This document shows positions 14,373-27,720 of a DNA stretch of 64,000 nt, piece after piece. Origin of the DNA: Eledone cirrhosa (taxonomy: Eukaryota); the NCBI GenBank assembly GCA_964016885.1, contig OZ024740.1, positions 106,516,001 to 106,580,000 on the forward strand, written 5' to 3'. The position numbers and the translations under genes were made by a program. Below the pieces are notes generated by a model that was given only the letters and a program-made list of their open reading frames with translations, made no database searches and had not been told where the DNA came from. Within the stretch, counting starts at the first letter, position 1; each line of letters opens with the position of its first letter.

Positions 14373-15408
14373 TGATGGCTGCAAACTAGTGTTCGAGCAT
14401 TGACGTCTCCCGATAAAATGCTCAAAGATGGGAGGCACGAATGTGTCTCTTTAAACCAGTCAAAGATGTACACCCTCTTGCACATACATGGCAACTGTAG
14501 GCTCTAAAGGGACTTTCCATTGCTTTGTTCTGGCTGTGTGTTCTCGTGTGTCTTTTAAGACTTCTCATGCTAGCACATTCCTTGCCACATTCCTTACACT
14601 TTTTCAAATCATAATCTACCTGAGGTCTACTGATATGACTTTGTTTGTATCTAGTCAAACCAGCTTTACTCAGGCAGACTCGACCACAGTACTAGCAAAG
14701 CAGAGGATGTTCAACAGCAGACAGTTCAGAACAGTCTTTTTTTCTCACCTTCCTTCTCAGTATTAGGTGCTCTCTTCGACGAGTTTCAAAGTGTTTACTA
14801 CCTGACTTGATCGAACGTCTCCACTTCACACGCTCCTCAGCCATTTTCTCCCATTCGTCAGATGAAATTCCAGCACAAGCCAAGGTGCCCCTGACACAGT
14901 CCCGCTACCGCCTTTTTGGTTTATGTGGTGGTCGCCTTCCTTCACACAGCTCTCCGTAGAGAAGTTACTTTGGAATACGATCATCTGACATCCAGACCAC
15001 GTGTCCGCACCACCTCAACCGATACCGAAAGATTATGCTCTCTATAGTCACGCACCTGCTCCTTTCGAGAACTTCCGAATCACTGACGAACATTTTCCAT
15101 TGCACTCCAAGTAACTTACGAGGGGTTGTTGGTGAAATCTCTCCAGTTCCTTGAGGTGCTTTCTGTATGTCACCCACGCTCCACAAGCATAAAGCAAAGA
15201 GGAGACGACAGAAGTCAGATACACTTTCACCTTGGTTTCGATAGTGATACCTCATCTGGACCATAAACGTTCATGCAGCCGTCCAAAAGCATCACTGGCT
15301 TTCTGGATTCTTAAGGATATTTCATTATCATGTGTGCATGAAGTGTTCAACGTACTACCAAGGTAAACAATCTTGTCAGCAACTTTTAGCCTCTTTCCGT
15401 ACACGTAC
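14373..15408 (-). pseudogene. RTE LINE 3' fragment with C2H2 zinc-finger tail
   Basis: YLGSTL..EISLRIQKASDAFGRL, RLRWCGHVVWMSDDRIPK, CKECGKECASMRSLKRH; (TATG)n tail. Confidence 0.88.
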
Positions 15409-15476
15409 ACATACATACATACATACATACATACATACATACATACATACATACATACATACATACATACATACAT

Positions 15477-16060
15477 GGTGGCTGCCAACTCGTTTTCGAG
15501 TACGGCCACTACTTTATATCCATGTAGGAGAACCCCTACCGATGCGCTGAACGAGTGTGACTTTTTAGTCCAGCCAGCGACTTGAAAACTCTGGTACAAA
15601 CACTACACTTGTGACAATTATTGACACATAGTGCTGGGCCCATGGTACCCTGTGATGACAAGTGCAGAGAGATCTCCAGATATAAAGCAATGCCTGTGCC
15701 GTGAAGCTTTTATAGTGAGCAAAGGCACTGCACAAAGCCAGTCCCACTCTCTTAACCAAGATGATATTTAGCAAAAAGAAGAACAAGTCAAGATCATTGG
15801 ATACCATCAGAGTTGCAGGTGTTATATCAGAGTTTTCCTTCTCCTAGAATTCTGCCTTGACAAAGGCTAAGGGATCATCTCTCCCGGTGATTTTGGATGG
15901 CCATTGACTCTTAAGAGCTCCTTTGCCCTTTGACAGGTTTTGTTTTTAGACCTGCAGGATGTCCAAAGTCACCCTCCTCAGCAAGAAACCTTGGTGAGGT
16001 TGCCAGTTTAGTCGCCAACGTCCCGACCATGGGACAGGTTGTACTGGGATACATGTTACC
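15477..16060 (-). mobile_element. RTE-partner non-autonomous element (SINE-like)
   Basis: Similar to 26506-27033; 3' tip resembles the RTE 3' end at 14373; (TATG)n on both sides. Confidence 0.65.
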
Positions 16061-16170
16061 ATACATACATACATACATACATACATACATACATACATAC
16101 ATACATACATACATACATGATGACTGCCCCCTCGTTATCGAGTATGGCCATTGCACGAGGAGAAAAAAAA

Positions 16171-16207
<37 letters not shown>

Positions 16208-16440
16208 AATAAAAATAATATATATATATATATATATATAATACATATACATACATATATACACACACATACTCACACACACATATACACACACACATAC
16301 ATTAATAACAATAATAATAATAATAATAATAATAACAACAATAATAATAACGACAACAACAATAATAATATACATATACATAGATATATACACACACACG
16401 CACACACATAAGCATATCTACACACACACACACACACACA

Positions 16441-19400
16441 CGATACCAACTAACAGCGCTGCGATCGAATGTGGCTTTTTAGCCCAGCCAATGACCTAAA
16501 ATATCTTGCACAGAGTCGGCAACCAAAACATTCACTGGGAATAGTCGGCTGTGGTTGGAGTTCGTGTACTTTTGCATGTCGCTTGAGCCCTCCTGCTGAT
16601 TTACATTCTCTACCACATGTTTGGCAAGCATGATGAGTAGCATCTCCAACAGCAGCCTGGTAGTCAACCACTGGTCTTACTTTATGACTGCGAAGATGAC
16701 TTTCGAGTCCAGCTTTGCTTAGGCAGAGTCTCGCACAGACGCTGCATGTCAGCACCATAGGAGGACCCTCGCCGTCTGGAAGTGCAACAGCAATGCTCTT
16801 CCTCACATCCCGCTTTACTTTCTCGTGTGCGATTCGAGATGCCTCAAAGGCAACTTTTCCCTCATATACAGTCTTTCTCCATTTATTACGATCAGCAGCA
16901 ATATTCTCCCATGTATCAGCAGAGATGTTAGCGTCTTTCAGAGAGGCTTTCAAGGAATCCTTATACCTCTTTTTTGGTTTATGTGGCGGTTGTTTTCCTT
17001 TAACCAACTCTCCATAAAATAGTTGTTTTGGTATTCTAGAATCCTTCATCCTGGCAAGGTGACCACTCCAACGGAGTCGTTGCTTAAGCACAAGAGCTTC
17101 TATACTGTCACACATAGAGCTTTCCAAAATCTCGACATCACTGATGTGGTCCCTCTAGTGAACGCCATGGATCCGTCTGAGACACATTTTATGGAAACGC
17201 TCCAATTGCTTAAGGTGGTGTCGATATGTGACCCAGGTCTCGCAGGCATAAAGAAGACAAGAGAGCACACATGCCCTGTACACCTTTACTTTTGTCCTCC
17301 TGCATATGTCTCGCCGATCCCCAGAGTCGCTTTTCTAGCTTTCCGAAAGCATCACTTGCTTTCCTAATCCTAAGTGAGATTTCACTATCAAGGTTGCTGT
17401 ATCGATTGACAGTGCTTCCCAGGTAGACAAACTGATCAACTACTCCAAGTCGTTTGCCATACACATAGATGTTTGGTTCAGTGTACTGCTTACCTGGGGC
17501 AGGTTGGTACATGACGACGGTTTTCTTGAGACTGACAGTCAATCCTAGGGCAGTGCAAGCGTCAGAAAATGCATTCAAAATGTGCTGCATATCACTCTCT
17601 GTGTGCGCTACAAGATCGCAATCATCTGCATACAAGAGGTCTCCTATGATTGATGTAAATACTTTTGTCTTCGCAGCAAAGCGCCTGATGTTAAATATGC
17701 TGCCTGAGGTTCGATATCGGATGTAAACACCATGCTCGCAATTCCTGAATGCAATACAGAAAACCATTGCAAAGTATATGGCAAACAGGGTCGGTGCTGG
17801 AATATCCCCCTGTTTCACTCCATTTTTTACTGAGATAGGCTCCGACATGTTACCCCCCACATTAACCCAAGCCTTCATGTCGTCATGGAAAGACCTAAGT
17901 AAAGCAAGGAACTTATCAGGGCAACCAAGTTTCTGAAGAACCTTCCATAATGCATCTCTGTTGACAGTATCGAAAGCCTTTGTCAGATCGACAAAAACCT
18001 GATACAGATCCAAGCCTTGTTCCATGCACTTCTCCTGGAGCTGTCTAGCTGAGAAGATCATATCAGTAGTGCCGCGTCCAGCACGAAAACCAGATTGACT
18101 TTCAGGGAGAACACAATCTGCAATGTGTGTCAGCAGACGGTCCAGAAGCACCCTACATAAAACTTTCCCTACGACAGAAAGCAATGATATACCTCTGTAG
18201 TTCCCACAATCGTTCCTGTTACCCTTTTCTTTGTACAAGACGACCATTACTGCATCTCTCCAGTCCTCAGGTACGGATTCATTAGCCCATATCCTGCCAA
18301 ACAAAGAGTGAAGATGTTGCAGGAGTCTCTCTCCACCATATTGTAGGAGCTCAGCATGTATGCCATCCATACCTGGAGATCTTCCACTGTTCAGCTTCGA
18401 AATAGCCACTGCAACCTCCACAAGCGTCGGAGGTTCTGCGAGAGCTACTTTCACAGGACTTTCTGGAATGAGATTGAGGAAATCTTCACTGACGACAGAC
18501 GGCTGATTCAAAAGATCATCGAAGTGCTCTCGCCACCTTCGTAGAATTCCTTGTGAGTCACGAAGAAGTTCTTTGCCATCCTTGCTGCGAAGCGGTGTCA
18601 CCAGAGAAGAAGACGGTCCATAAACCTCACGCAAGAGACTGTACAACAGCTTTGTGTTATTGGAATCAGACGCAGTTTGTTTTGTATCTCACCAGCCTTC
18701 TCACTCCACCACTGATCCTTCATCTGAGAAAGACTCCGCCCAACACGTGATTTTACATCCCTGAGTTCCTCATGCAACGTATTCCTCTCCTGTGGTTTTG
18801 CCGTCAAGTAGCGTGACAGAGCACGCCTCTTATCAGCCAACAAGTCTTCTATATGTACATCATTCTCATTAAACCAGTCCTGATGTTTCCTCTGCGCCAA
18901 TCCCAGAACACGCCTGCCTACATCATAAACCGACTTTTTAAGGGTCGGCCAATCCTCACCAAGATCTGCAGCCTGCATCTCTTCTTCCATATCCTCTTCA
19001 CATTTTTATCCTTAAGACGAGCAGCATTCAATCTTTTGGGCAGGGCAACACCAGGAGCCCGGATTTTACGTTTAGTGATCAGTTTCACTTTTGCGCGTAC
19101 CAGGCGGTGGTCCGTCCAGCACTCAGCTCCACGAAGAACACGAACACGAACTCACATCCTGTCTGTCACGCATCCTGACTAGGACGTAGTCCAAAAGATG
19201 CCATTCCTTAGATGCAGGATGCATCCATGTGGTCTTGAATTTGTTCTTTTGTTGGAACATGGTGTTGGTAACACACAGATCCAGCTCCTCACACATCTGC
19301 AGCAGGAGCATACCATTGCTGTTACACTTTCCCACCCCATGCCTTCCGATTACATTCCATGTGTTAAAATCCCTACCCACTCTAGCATTAAAGTCACCAA

Positions 19401-20001
19401 GCACGATGACTTTGTCTGCCTGAGGGATATTTCTTAAAACACCTTTCAAGGCATGGTAAAAGGACACCTTTTCCTCATCGACAGAACTCATAGTTGGAGC
19501 ATACACACTCACCAGGGTAGCATATCTTCCCTTGTCCAGCGGAACTCTCATGGACATAAGACGCTCACTAATCCCTACTGGGAATTCTTCTAATTTTTTC
19601 ACAAGTACAGTCTTAACAGCAAATCCTACCCCAGCCTCTCTTCTGGTTCCTTCATCTCTTCCTTTCCAGAAGAATGTATATTCTCCACAAAATTCCGTAA
19701 GATGACCATCTCCAGCTAACCTCGTCTCAGATAAAGCCACGATGTCAAGATCGTAACGTCGAAGCTCCTTTGCAACAAGAGCGGTCCTTCGTTCAGGACG
19801 CTCCAAGGAATCCCTGTCAAGCAGCGTCCGTACGTTCCAGCAGCCAAGACTAAATGCCTTGTTTGGCTCTATTACAATGGCACGATGACGAGCGGGCCCA
19901 GGCTGTGATAACCTGGGGCCCCTGCCCTTATTGCCAATGATCTTTTTTGTTCCAGAACCTAAATTGCCAATTATCTCTTTTATATTGTTCTGGAACATCA
20001 T
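16441..20001 (-). pseudogene. Near full-length RTE (BovB-like) LINE: APE endonuclease, RT and C2H2 fingers; frameshifted
   Basis: WNVRTL, ALSETRL, GDFNARVG, LLDYVL (APE); [32 protein letters not shown] (RT); split over ORFs 19123-20001, 18598-18990, 17210-18646 and 16450-17127. Confidence 0.95.
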
Positions 20002-20089
20002 TCAATTGGAAAAAAAAAAAAGTAATAATAATAGTAATAATAATAATAATAATAATTATAATAATAGTACACTATTAATAATTATTAAT

Positions 20090-20371
20090 GCACTCGTGCA
20101 ATGCCTGTGCGTGACGAATATTTTTAAAGTGAGGAAAGACTGTGCACTGAGCCAATCCCACTCTCTGAGCGACAGTAGCTATAACCCGAAAAGAAGAAAA
20201 GATCAACATCATCGGTAACTACTGAGCCGCAGGTTTTATGTCGGAGTTAACCCAGTTTCCTGAGATGCCTTCTCCTAGAAGAATGCCCTGACAAGGGCTA
20301 GGGGTTCTTCACTCCCAGTGGTTTAACTGCGCGATCGGGCATCCAGCCCGATTATTTCTATGTCCCCGCGC
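20090..20371 (-). mobile_element. 5' part of an RTE-partner element whose 3' tip lies at 16119-16160
   Basis: Near-identical to 27450-27720; the uninterrupted copy at 27376-27720 contains both pieces. Confidence 0.75.
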
Positions 20372-20498
20372 AAAAAAAAAAAAAAAAAATCACTTATTGA
20401 CACTTATACGTACGACATACACACACGCTCATACATATGCGCGCACACAGCAACACTCATACATACAAACAAACACACACACGCTACTCTACTCACTT

Positions 20499-20530
<32 letters not shown>

Positions 20531-21424
20531 TACGGTCATTACTGATACAAGATTACAAGATTATGTCAACTGTTGACTTTCAAGAGTTTGTATAGTTGAA
20601 GCCGATCGTACTACAGTCCAGTATTATTATAATTGCTTTACAGCATAGAGTTATGGCTCTCCACGCCCTGAGCTTAAATCCCGCCGAGGTCAACCTTGCC
20701 TTTCATCCCCACTGAGTCAACAAAAGAGAGTACCAGTGATGCGCTGGGCCAGTTGCTGGATCCGTGCCAAAAGCAGAAAAATTATTAATAAAGTTGTTTT
20801 CTTAAGGCCCGGTCGCTGGTGATGGTGATGGCGGCGGCGGTAGTGGTGGTGGTGGCAGTTGATGTTGTGTTGTGTGCGTGTGTGTGTGTGTGTGTGTTTT
20901 GTTATTTTGAGTTTTTTTGTTTTTTTTTTAATCTTTTGATGCCGCTGTTGTTGTTGTTGTAAATGTTCATTTCAGTTCATTCTGAAGCTGTTGTTGCTGC
21001 AAACATTAGTGCCGGTGTTGTTGTTGTAGATGTTGGGGTTGAAATCTGGTCGTTTGACTGAGTGATGTATATACACACATATACATACATATATATATAT
21101 ATATATATACACACATTCAACAGAGAGTAGAGAGTTTGACAACAGGTCGATGACTTTAGTCTAGATAGGGTAATGACATGTGATGGTGGGGAGTGAGTGT
21201 AGAAGTTATTGTGGTGGCGGGGGACAGTGCGATGTAACTAGTTCATTTGACCGTTTTCTCCTCTTTGCAAAATTTGAATTTTAGCCATGTTATATTGAGA
21301 TGTAAGTAAATGTAAAATGTAAAATATAAATAAGGATTGCTCTGCTAAAATATACATACATACATACATACATACATACATACATACATACATACATACA
21401 TACATACATACATACATACATACA

Positions 21425-24400
21425 ACGCGATCAGTCGCATATTTTGACGTGGGAGACTACTTATTAAATTTAAGATGATTACTATCTCCGGCAGTAATGC
21501 CACAACTACAGTCATGTTGAATAACTGGTTATTCTTCTAACTATATCTTCTGAAGACACTTTTTATTCGAATTCGTAGAGATATCCGACTAAATACATAA
21601 TTCATTTTACAAGGATTTGCTACAAACAGCATGGCTGAACACAACATCAACAACAAAATTAAGGAGGTACCGAAGACAAATAACAAGGAAGGTAAACAAA
21701 CTTTATTCAGTTGTAGCTACAGAAGAAACCGAAATTATAAATCGCATTTCTCTTGGAGTTGCGAATTAATGATGATTTATTTAATTGTTATAAAATGGCA
21801 ATAAAACAATCCCTCCATTGGCTATATGAACAGAATGAAGCTACACTGGGACGAAATACACCCAGAGCTAAATTATTTCACAGCGAAACAATTACGCCAA
21901 CAAGCAACGTTTGTTGAACGTAAAAATAAGATAAATATTATTAATTGTAAGTCCCCTACAACAAACATGTTATCAACAACACGTCCTACAGGTCGCCATG
22001 CTACTAGACTTCCTAGCAGCCAGGTCGAACAGCGCCTTGAAACAACTATGCCTGTAAAAAACTTAACACCGCCTGTACCATCTAAGTCTACCTCGAATGC
22101 TAGGGAAAACACTATCGATAATAATGATAATCGAAGAAATAATAATAATAATCGAAGAAATTTGACACCACGTGTACCATCCGAGTCTACCTCGACTATT
22201 GTGGAAAATACTATCGATAATGATAATCAAAAGTGTAAACAATTGAAAATTTTCCCTCAACGAAATCTTCCGGAGAGAAATTAATTCATGTATAAATATC
22301 TCTCTTGCTGAACGTGTTAAAACGACAATGTTTAATAAAAAAAAATAATAAATAATGAAATATTACGTGTTATTGACGAAATAGGGATGAATATTTACGA
22401 CGGATAAAAAACCCAACATTTTGGCAAATCAACGCCTGTTTATATGCCTTAGCAACGACAGTGAAGCATTATCTTGGTGATAGCAGAGATATTAACAAGA
22501 ACAGAACACCACCAAAAATACCATCATATATAACTAAAATAGAAAAAAAGATTGCTGACCTACGAAAAAACAGGATATGTGACAATGCTCGTTACATGCA
22601 AACAAACACAACAAAAACCTCACTCCTCACCAACAAAGAGTGAAAAATAAAATAGAGACGATGTTTGGTAACAGTAGAACCAGAACTTTCCAATATAAGT
22701 TCATCACCCTCAAACAAGAATTGAGAGCTGTTAGCGAAAAACGCCGATACCTGAAGAAGGTAGATGAGAGAAAAGTGATTAATAAAAGACTCAGACGAAA
22801 CCAAACATCAGTCTATAGAGATATGAAGGGGAAAATAATAAGTGTCACTGAGGCCCCATCCCAGAAAGACATAGATTCCTTTTGGAGCAAAATATGGGGT
22901 GAAAAGAAGAATTTCAACCAAGATGCGGTGTGGCTAAGAGAAAGCCGAAAGAACTATTGCTCCTGCACTGCAACAAAAAACATACGAAATAAGTGAGGGT
23001 ACCCTTGAGACTGTGATAGGAAAACTCCAAGATTAGAAAACACCAGGAAGAGACATGATTGTCGGCTACTGGTACAAGAAACTGATATTCTATCGGAGGT
23101 ATCTTACTGACCTCTACCAACAAGTTCTTACGGGAGATACACTTATACCAGAATGATTGACATTAGCACAAACATTGCTGGTCCCCAAGAACAAAGACAC
23201 CCACTTGGCAAGAAACTACCGACCCATAGCATGCCAGAATCTGATGTATAAGATGTATACAGCCTGCCTGAACCTATCCCTCCAAGATCACTGTTAAAAT
23301 AATAACATCATCACAGATGAACAAGCAGATGGAAAGAAAGAGGTTTGGGGATGTGCTGAACAACTCCTAATCAACAAAACTGCGATGTCGGAGGTGCGAC
23401 AACTTAGGAGGAATATGGCTACAGTCTGGCTGGACTACAGGAAAGCTTTCGATTCTGTTCCCCACTCTTGGATGATAGAGGCCCTCCAACTTGCTAAAGT
23501 CCCAGACATTATTGTCAGAGCCATAGAGAGGCTGTCTTCTTTTGGGGCTAGTATCCTAAGGTTAAAGACAGAGAGGGAGGACTCTATTTTCATTGATAAA
23601 ATAAAATATTGCAGGGGTATATTTCAGGGGGACAGTCTGTCTGTGATATTATTCATCTTGTCATTAAACCCCTTGTCCTTTCTGCTCAAGAAATGTGAGG
23701 GATACGTCATTGGTGCACAGGAGGACAGAAATACGAACCTAACCCATAATTTCTTTGTCGACGATCTGAAACTCTATGCCAAGAACATGGATGGGATGAA
23801 GAAAAATCTTGACCTGGTTACAACGTTCTCAAAGGATATAGGAATGGAGTTTGGCCAAGATAAATGCTCATACAGCGGGGGAAAACAACAACCCAATCTA
23901 GCAACATTGTCATCAATGGCCTAACTGTTCCACCGATATCTGATGAGGACTGCTACAAATACCTGGGGATAGATGAGAACATATCCTATAATGGTATCTG
24001 TAATAAAGAACGCGTAACCAGGGAATACTACACCCGATTAAGAAATATCTAGTCATCGGAACTCTCGGCGCAAAACAAAACAGTGGCTCACAATGTGTTT
24101 GCTGTGTCTGTCCAAACACCAACGTTTGGAATACTCAATTGGACGATAGACGAAATCTGAGCAGTTGATGTTGGAACTCGAAAAATACTAAACAATATCG
24201 GAAACTTCCACATCAACAGTGACATAGACCGCCTTTACTTGAAACGTAAGCAGGGAGGCAGAGGCCTAACATTAGTCCAGACAACATTTGAATGTCGCAT
24301 CATATCCATCCGACAACATCTACGAACCTCGAAGTGTAGGAGCCCGCTTCTCGAGCAAATCTATCTGCATGAAACAGATAAGATCATGAGAGTTGGGAAG

Positions 24401-25541
24401 GAACTCCTGGAGAGATATTCCCTGTGTGATAATCAAAAACTCACACCCAGGGAAGTCGCTCAGCAGTATCGCAGTGAATCCATGGATGAAAAACTGCATA
24501 CTTAGCAAAAAATCATGCATTGATATATTGCCAGGAAGCTCCAGAGTGAGAGTAATATAGATAAGGAAAGTAGTCTATCTTGGACCAACAACCGCTATAT
24601 TGGCTCCCATTTTGAAGGATACGCTTTTGCAATCCAAGAACAGGAGATTACCACGAAATACCTGATTCACAAAAGAGATAGGGATGCAGACAAAACACCT
24701 AGATGTGATAACAAGTGCAGACTCTGCAGAACTAACATCGAGGATATCACCCATGTCATCAGCAGCTGTCCAAAGATGTCATCGCGGTACTATCTACCTA
24801 TGAGGCATGATGTAGTGGCTAAAACACTGTACAATGCAGTTCGTAAAAAAGATAGCCCCGATAATAAACACATTAAAAGCTACAGCAATGTGGAAGACAT
24901 CCATGTACATAATATGAAAGAGTACTGGTGGAATGTTCCAGTAAAAGCCCCAATAAAATGCAGGCATAACAGACCAGATATTATGATATGGGACAGGGAG
25001 AAGAAAGCATGCACAGTAGTGGAAATTAGCTGCCCAGCAGCTGCCAATATAATATCAAAGATTAGTGAAAAGGAGAATATTTATGCAGAACTGATGAGAA
25101 ATCTGCAGATACTCCACCCTGATTACACCTTCAGATTTATGCCTGTGATTATTGGGGCACCGGGGTATGTTAGTAACTGCCTCAATACAAATCTTGAGAA
25201 GCTAGGCTTCACAGGAACAGAAAGAACACAACTAGTTAGGAAATTACAAGTACAATCGATTAATGGAACAGTAAAATTATCTAAAACATTCCAAAAATTT
25301 TGCATCTAATAACTGCATATACACATGTACAGATGCAAAGCATATACACATGCACACATACAACTCAAAACATACACATCCACACATACAATAACATCCA
25401 TATCTACACATGCATGCATACATACATATCTACCTAGTTGGTTGATGTTGTGTAAATTCCAATGAGAGAGTCTTGTGTCTATGTTAGAAACCGACTCTCT
25501 CTCTATTGGTAAAAATGTGTGAAATTATAAAACCAGAAGAA
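21425..25541 (+). pseudogene. R4/Dong-clade LINE (RT, CCHC, restriction-like endonuclease) inserted in (TACA)n
   Basis: WLDYRKAFDSVPH, RGIFQGDSLS, FFVDDLKLY, CRLC..H..C, RHD, RPDI..VEISCP..KENIY; (TACA)n on both flanks; several stops and frameshifts. Confidence 0.92.
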
Positions 25542-25571
25542 CATACATACATACATACATACATACATACA

Positions 25572-25603
<32 letters not shown>

Positions 25604-26147
25604 GCTAATTTGAAGCGCCAATAATAAACTGTTGTGTTGACGAATACCTAGAAACGAAAGTATCTGCCATTTTCAGTTTACATACTGAGATAAGCTATCA
25701 ACTAGCGATTTACTCAATGTTATATGACCAACTCTGTTGAAAGGTTAAATAGAAAATCGCTGACAACTTGGCTGGTCAGACCAAAGAAACAACATACAGT
25801 GTTTACATTTTCCCTCTAACTGATGTAGGAATTCCTGTTGCTGAAGAAAAGAAAAAGGAAATCAATAAAAGTATTTTATGAACATAACATACGATAAGGG
25901 AAAGAAGAGGCCTAGAACTTCTGACGGACACTCAGTTCTGTGTGGTGGAAAAATCATGAATTGCGAAGTCGATTAGATATTAAGTACCTGATCGAGTGAC
26001 TGGTGTTTCGTAAACCAAAACAGCGCTCAAAGCACGAGTCTACAATGTTATAAATAGGTAGAACATGTTAATATATAAGGTAACTTTGTAATTAGTGACA
26101 GAACTGATGAACTGACGTGGTAGTGAGTTAGCGGTGCCAGTAGAATT

Positions 26148-26310
26148 TAGAGGTGGCGTTTTGGCAGAGTCGTTAGAACGTTTTGGTAGACTGCTTTGTG
26201 GTATTCGTTTTGGCTCTTTACTCCCTGAGTTCAAATCTCGCCGAGGCCAACTTTGCCTTTCATTCGAGATCGTTAAAAAAATGTACCAGTTTTGTACTGG
26301 GTCGATTCTT
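26148..26310 (+). mobile_element. tRNA-head SINE
   Basis: A-box TGGCAGAGTCG, B-box GAGTTCAAATC, then ctttgcctttcatt core. Confidence 0.8.
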
Positions 26311-26505
26311 CCTCCATATTTCTTTCTCACTTCCATTCTCTCATTCTCTATCCTTCTCAGGAAGAAATCTGATATTTTCAGTCTTGGAGAGAGATGGGCT
26401 CCACCAAGTTTTTAAAAAGCCCTAGAAATGCCGCATGTCAATACGGCGCCCTTACGACTCCTCAAGAAGTTAGGGAACTATACATACATACATGCATACA
26501 TACAT

Positions 26506-27033
26506 GATGGCTGCAAACTCTGCTAAGAGTATTGCAATCGCTTGTCAGATTACAGAAAATGGTGCACTTTTAGGCTACGGCCAGCCACGCGAACCTGTAA
26601 CATATCCTGAACAAGCAATGCCTGTGCTTTGAAGGTTTTTTAAGTGGGGAAAGGCCTTGCACTCGACCAATCCCACTCTCTGAGCATCGAAAACACTACC
26701 CGAAAAGGAGAACTTGTCAACATCATCGGATGATTCCGAAGCCGCTGGGTTTTTTGGGGGCTTTTTTCAGAGTTTCCATCTCTTAGAAAGGTGTGACAAC
26801 AACTAGGGGCTTTCACGCCCAGGTGAAAGAAAAGTACTATTTGGATGGCCGTTAACTCTGCTGAGTTCCTCCGCCCTACGCCGGGTCTTGTATTTCATCC
26901 CACAGGGTGTCCAAATATCACCCTCCTCACCAAGCAAGCTTGGTAGGGTTGCCGGTTTAGTCGCCGACAACCCGACCATGAGACAGGTTGTACTGGGTTA
27001 CATGTTACCAATAGCACTCGAGAGCGACCTGAC
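26506..27033 (-). mobile_element. RTE-partner non-autonomous element
   Basis: Similar to 15477-16060; 3' tip tgatggctgcaaact shared with the RTE at 14373. Confidence 0.7.
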
Positions 27034-27375
27034 ATAAATACATACATATGTACATACATACATACATACATACATGCATACATACATAGCTAGGGGTTAT
27101 ATACCAACCCGCTTGGACCAAAGTATGACTGAACTTGGATTTGCGGACAAAGAGCGCAGCTCCCTAATTCATAGTCTACAAATGGCTGCGATAGCTGGCA
27201 CCTTCAAAATTTTCAAAACATTCTTGCGATTCAAGGGATGACAATTTCTTTTCTTTTACAACTTTGCCACCAGGAAGGTGGCCGGTCAAAAAAATATACT
27301 CGAAATTAAGAGAAAGAGATAACATACATACATACATACATACATACATACATACATACATACATACATACATAA

Positions 27376-27720
27376 CGATGGCTGCCCCCTCGTTATCGAG
27401 TATGGCCATTGCAAGATATACCATTATTAATAATTATTAATTAATTCTATCGTGCAATGCCTGTGTGTGAAGATTTTTTTAAAGTGAGAAAAGACTGTGC
27501 ACTTAGCCAATCCCACTCTCTGAGCGACAGTAGCTATAACCCGAAAAGAAGAAAAGATCAACATCATCGGTAACTACTGAGCCGCAGGTTTTATATCGGA
27601 GTTATCCCAGTTTCCTGAGTTGCCTTCTGCTAGAAGAATGCCTTGACAAAGGCTAGGGGTCCTTCACTCCCAGTGGTTTAACCGCGCGATCGGGTATCCA
27701 GCCCGACTATTTCCCCGCGC
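27376..27720 (-). mobile_element. RTE-partner non-autonomous element, second subfamily
   Basis: Matches 20090-20371 plus 16119-16160; (TACA)n flank. Confidence 0.72.
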
